DNA of 64,000 nucleotides from Bacteroidales bacterium (GTDB lineage Bacteria; Bacteroidota; Bacteroidia; Bacteroidales; UBA3663): NCBI GenBank assembly GCA_045628525.1, contig JAZQPJ010000034.1, positions 4,061 to 68,060 of the forward strand, read 5' to 3'. Shown piece by piece: positions 60,449 to 64,000 of this stretch (position 1 is its first letter; each line of letters starts with the position of its first letter). The notes under the pieces were generated by a model. It saw only the letters and a program-made list of their open reading frames with translations, ran no database searches and was not told where the DNA came from. The position numbers and the translations under genes were made by a program.

Positions 60449-61786
60449 ATGAAGATAATCATAGCTGGTGCAGCGCAAGTAGGTACACATCTGGCCAAAC
60501 TCCTGGCCAAGGAGAATATGGATGTGGTACTGATGGATGCCGATCCGGAAAAGATCGCACCCCTGACATACATGAACCTCATGACGATGGTGGGAAGTCC
60601 TACCAGCATCAATGCCTTGCGCGATGCCGGTGTGCCCAAGTGTGACCTCTTCATCGCCGTGACGCCTCAGGAGAGCCTCAACATACATTCCTGCATCCTG
60701 GCGTCAAGCCTGGGTGCACGCAAGACGATGGCGCGAATCGACAGTTATGAGATGCAGAAGCCAGAGACACTCGACTTCTACAAGCGTATCGGTGTGAGTC
60801 GTCTGGTCTATCCGGAAATGCTGGGCGGGCAGGCTGTGGCAGCGGCTATCCAGCGTCCATGGTCGCGCATGAGCTTTGACTTATGCGATGGCAAGCTGCT
60901 GCTGCTGGGCGTAAAGGTTTATGAGGGAGCTCCGCTGGTGGGACAGTCGCTGATCGAAGTGGGCAAGCGACAGCATGAGAATTTCCATGTCGTAGCCATC
61001 AAGCGAGACGATGAGCTGTGGATTCCGAATGCTGCTGATGTGTTCAAGGCCAATGACCTGGTGTATTTCGTCACAATGCCTGAAAAGATGGACATTGTGC
61101 GACTGATCTGCGGCAAGGATGAACGCCACATTCGTCGTGTAGTGATCATGGGCGGCTCGCGCATCGGCATTCAGACGTGCTTTGCCTTGCCTCATGACTA
61201 CCAAATGCTCTTTATCGAACCCGACCAGCATCTGGCCGAGCGCATCATGGAGGAGCTGCCCAATGCACGCGTCATTCAGGGATACACGGGCGACCAGGAA
61301 GCCATGTCGGCTGTCGGCCTGACCAAGAACGATGCCTTTGTGGCGTTGGGAGAGGAGTCGGGTGCGAACATCCTGGCCTGCCTGTCGGCCAAGAAGATGG
61401 GTGTGGGCAAGACGGTAGCCGAGGTGGATGACGTGGAGTATATCTCGATGGCCACCAATCTCAACATCGGATCGATAGTCAACAAGAAGCTGCTCACGGC
61501 CAGCTCCATCTATCAGATCTTGCTTGATGCAGACAAGACCAATGCCAAGTGTTTCAGCCTGGTGGATGCCGAGGTGGCAGATCTTGTTGCCCAGCCTGGA
61601 AGCCAGATTACCGAGAAACCGGTCATGGAACTGCGACTGCCCAAAGGTATCACGCTTGGTGGCCTGGTGCGCGATGGCCGAGGCATGACCGTCACGGGCC
61701 AGACGAAGATTCAGGCCGGCGACCATGTCGCTGTGGTCTGCATGAACGACAAGATTGAGGCTGTCGAGAAGTTGTTTGTGAAATGA
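60449..61786 (+). CDS. trkA: Trk potassium uptake system NAD-binding subunit
   Basis: Two RCK_N/RCK_C modules and the KIIIAGAAQVG Rossmann motif. Confidence 0.9.
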   Translation: MKIIIAGAAQVGTHLAKLLAKENMDVVLMDADPEKIAPLTYMNLMTMVGSPTSINALRDAGVPKCDLFIAVTPQESLNIHSCILASSLGARKTMARIDSYEMQKPETLDFYKRIGVSRLVYPEMLGGQAVAAAIQRPWSRMSFDLCDGKLLLLGVKVYEGAPLVGQSLIEVGKRQHENFHVVAIKRDDELWIPNAADVFKANDLVYFVTMPEKMDIVRLICGKDERHIRRVVIMGGSRIGIQTCFALPHDYQMLFIEPDQHLAERIMEELPNARVIQGYTGDQEAMSAVGLTKNDAFVALGEESGANILACLSAKKMGVGKTVAEVDDVEYISMATNLNIGSIVNKKLLTASSIYQILLDADKTNAKCFSLVDAEVADLVAQPGSQITEKPVMELRLPKGITLGGLVRDGRGMTVTGQTKIQAGDHVAVVCMNDKIEAVEKLFVK

Positions 61787-63288
61787 ACTGGAAACTGATC
61801 AGATATCTCTTTGGCGTATTGCTTCTGCTTGAGGCCTGTTTTCTGGCACTTGCTACAGGCGTATCGCTTTACTTCCATTACACGGTGGGAGAGGAGGACT
61901 GGTCTGCCTTGCTGACGGTGACGTTGATAACCGCAACTATAGGTTATCTGTTGTATTTCAAGAGTCGTCGGCATGAGCGTAAGATAACCACGCGTGAAGG
62001 ATTCATGGTGGTATCGCTCACATGGATTGTCTTCTGCCTGCTTGGCATGATACCCTATCTGATGACAGGTGCTTGTACTACGTTGGGTGGCGCATTTATT
62101 GAAGCGATGTCCGGCTTCACCACGACAGGATGTACGGTCATCACCAACCTGGAGCAACAGCCTCACGGCCTGATGTTCTGGCGACATCTGACGCAATGGA
62201 TGGGCGGTTTGGGCATCGTGGTGTTCTCGTTGGCGTTGCTTCCATTGATCGGAACAGGTGCTACGCAGGTGTTCGGCGCCGAGACGAATGGCTTGTCAGT
62301 CGATAAGCTTCGCCCCAAAATCCAGCAGACGGCCTTCAAACTGTGGTCCATCTACCTGGGGTTGACCCTCTGCAACGTGCTGTGCTACTGGCTGGCTGGT
62401 ATGCCTTGGTTCGAGGCTGTCTGTCATTCGTTCTCGACGATGGCATCAGGTGGATTCAGCGTTTGGCAGGATTCGTTGGGACACTATCATTCGCCTGGCA
62501 TAGAATATATATGCATCGTATTTTTGTTCATCACGTCCATCAACTATAACCTGTTCTACTTCCTGGGCAAAGGGTTCATCAAGCAGACCTGGCGTAATGA
62601 GGAATTGCGATGGTTCACTTATCTGGTCATCGGTTTCACCGGATTGTTCATGTTCCTGTCGTGGCTGACCCGTACTCAGCAGCTATTGAGTCCTGAATTG
62701 ATCGAGAGCCTTGGCGATGGATCGTGGGAATGCACCTTCCGCACATCGCTCTTCCATGTACTGACCATTATATCGTCGGCAGGATTCCAGGGCGAACATT
62801 TTGACTTCTATGCCTGGGGTGCCATCTTCTGGCTCCCGACGTTGATAATGATGGCAATGGGCGGCTGTTCTTCAAGTACAGCAGGTGGTTTGAAGGTTGT
62901 GCGTTTCGTGGTTTTGATCAAGAATGCCAAGCAAGAGATCATGCAGGCTTTGCAGCCACGAGCATTCAGCGCCGTCCGGCTCAACGGACATACATTGTCG
63001 CACAATGTGACCTTCAAAGTATTGGCCATGCTGAGCATCTATATGGTGCTGCTTGTGGTTTCGATCTTTGTCTTGCAGCTCATGGGACTCGACTTTGTCA
63101 GTTCAGTGGGTGCAGCCGTTTCGGCTTTGGGCAACACCGGACCAGCTTTGGGAATTGTCGGACCTGCCGAGACATGGTACTGCCTGCCCGAAGTGGCCAA
63201 ATGGTATCTGTCGTTCCTGATGCTGGTGGGACGACTTGAGATTTTTACTGTGATTGTATTGTTTACTCCAATGTTCTGGAAAAAATGA
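61783..63288 (+). CDS. trkH: Trk-type potassium transporter membrane subunit
   Basis: A multi-TM TrkH family protein (SGFTTTG, SGGFS, STAGGLK selectivity-type motifs) with a 4-nt overlap with trkA. Confidence 0.9.
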   Translation: MNWKLIRYLFGVLLLLEACFLALATGVSLYFHYTVGEEDWSALLTVTLITATIGYLLYFKSRRHERKITTREGFMVVSLTWIVFCLLGMIPYLMTGACTTLGGAFIEAMSGFTTTGCTVITNLEQQPHGLMFWRHLTQWMGGLGIVVFSLALLPLIGTGATQVFGAETNGLSVDKLRPKIQQTAFKLWSIYLGLTLCNVLCYWLAGMPWFEAVCHSFSTMASGGFSVWQDSLGHYHSPGIEYICIVFLFITSINYNLFYFLGKGFIKQTWRNEELRWFTYLVIGFTGLFMFLSWLTRTQQLLSPELIESLGDGSWECTFRTSLFHVLTIISSAGFQGEHFDFYAWGAIFWLPTLIMMAMGGCSSSTAGGLKVVRFVVLIKNAKQEIMQALQPRAFSAVRLNGHTLSHNVTFKVLAMLSIYMVLLVVSIFVLQLMGLDFVSSVGAAVSALGNTGPALGIVGPAETWYCLPEVAKWYLSFLMLVGRLEIFTVIVLFTPMFWKK

Positions 63289-64000
63289 AAGATAATAAGA
63301 AGAAAGAAAAGAGTCCTGCTAAGAAGGGGCCGAACCATTTCAAGTTGTTCATGCAGAGTGAACGTACCAAGTTTATCGTTGGTATGTTGTTTCTGTTGCT
63401 GGCAGCATTCTTCGGAGTTGCCTTCCTGTCGTTTGTCGTTACGGGCAAGGATGATCAGGCTATCCTTGAGCACTTGCCGGTCAATCAGCTGTTAGCTTCG
63501 GGCAATGGCGTAAGCAACTGGATGGGAACCCTGGGCGCTTATGTGTCAGAGTACTGCATGAATCGATGGATCGGCATCTCTGCGCTGGCTTTTGTCGTTC
63601 TTTTGTTCCGTATCGGCTATAGCCTGTGGCAGCGACGTTCCATTCGTCCGTTCGTGGGCATCTTTGTTCGCACATCGTTGTTTGCCATCTGGTCATCCTT
63701 GCTGCTAAGCACCATCTGCATTCTGATTGATTACTTCTTCAATGCCGGCATGCAGTCACAGTTCATGTATCTGGGTGGATATCACGGATACGAATTGGCG
63801 CAGCTGCTTTGCGTTCACCTCGGCAAGGGTGGACTGCTCTTGACCCTGATTGCTTCGGGACTGATACTTTCTGTCTTCATCTTCAAGAGTACCATCGAGC
63901 GTTCGCGTACGCTCTTTGGCCTTGCGCCCTGGCTTTCTACCCGATATAACCGTTTGCGTGAGAAGGCTATCGAACGAAAGGAAAAGCGCGAAGCCGAGGC
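63285..64000 (+). CDS. ftsK: DNA translocase FtsK, N-terminal membrane domain (3' end beyond the window)
   Basis: An open frame to the window end, absent from the ORF track. It has a K-rich N-terminus followed by 4-5 TM helices, as in Bacteroidetes FtsK. There is an ATGA overlap with trkH. Confidence 0.65.
   Translation, partial: MKDNKKKEKSPAKKGPNHFKLFMQSERTKFIVGMLFLLLAAFFGVAFLSFVVTGKDDQAILEHLPVNQLLASGNGVSNWMGTLGAYVSEYCMNRWIGISALAFVVLLFRIGYSLWQRRSIRPFVGIFVRTSLFAIWSSLLLSTICILIDYFFNAGMQSQFMYLGGYHGYELAQLLCVHLGKGGLLLTLIASGLILSVFIFKSTIERSRTLFGLAPWLSTRYNRLREKAIERKEKREAE

Overview
This is a 64-kb chromosomal segment of a Bacteroidales genome, probably Prevotella/Segatella-like. That assignment is an inference from gene content (PPi-dependent PFK, DUF2851/DUF4254/WbqC families, long Bacteroidetes-type LepB and LptD) and from recurrent TAnnTTTG -7 promoter boxes. 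About 55 CDS are supported. Most are housekeeping genes: ispE, grpE plus a J-protein, proS, pnuC, hisB, hisH/hisA, pfp, tdk, topB, lptD-like, dapB, lepB, dxs, trkA/trkH and the 5' end of ftsK. Carbohydrate genes are interleaved with them: a GH35/42-like hydrolase, a GH9 lipoprotein, LacI+SDR, and a three-gene aldose dehydrogenase/lactonase/Zn-ADH cluster resembling the Bacteroides L-galactose pathway. Phosphate-uptake genes are unusually concentrated: two NptA-PhoU-like fusions, a porin-P plus PiT-PhoU-like operon, an OmpR-type two-component system and a LytTR regulator. A visibly AT-rich accessory island (about 6.4-11.4 kb) carries a DUF3791/DUF3990/DUF3791 module whose DUF3990 member shows H-Y-E ADP-ribosyltransferase-like motifs. 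The island also encodes a C-terminally anchored protein, a secreted retropepsin-TPR protein and an AlbA_2/Schlafen-type ATPase. I saw no rRNA, tRNA, CRISPR, transposase or integrase. The most unusual content is non-genic. (i) Three tandem arrays keep an exact 42-bp register (14875-15160, 39738-39975, 53653-54090); two of them start within 3-27 bp of the stop codon of a PhoU-fused phosphate transporter. (ii) At least three families of short palindromic or tandem low-complexity elements occur in leaders and intergenic spacers and are also read through in frame inside CDSs, analogous to Rickettsia RPEs. (iii) Two paralogous secreted proteins have hypervariable His/Asn/Gly-rich tails. All functional readings of these are inference and need genome-wide and comparative checks.
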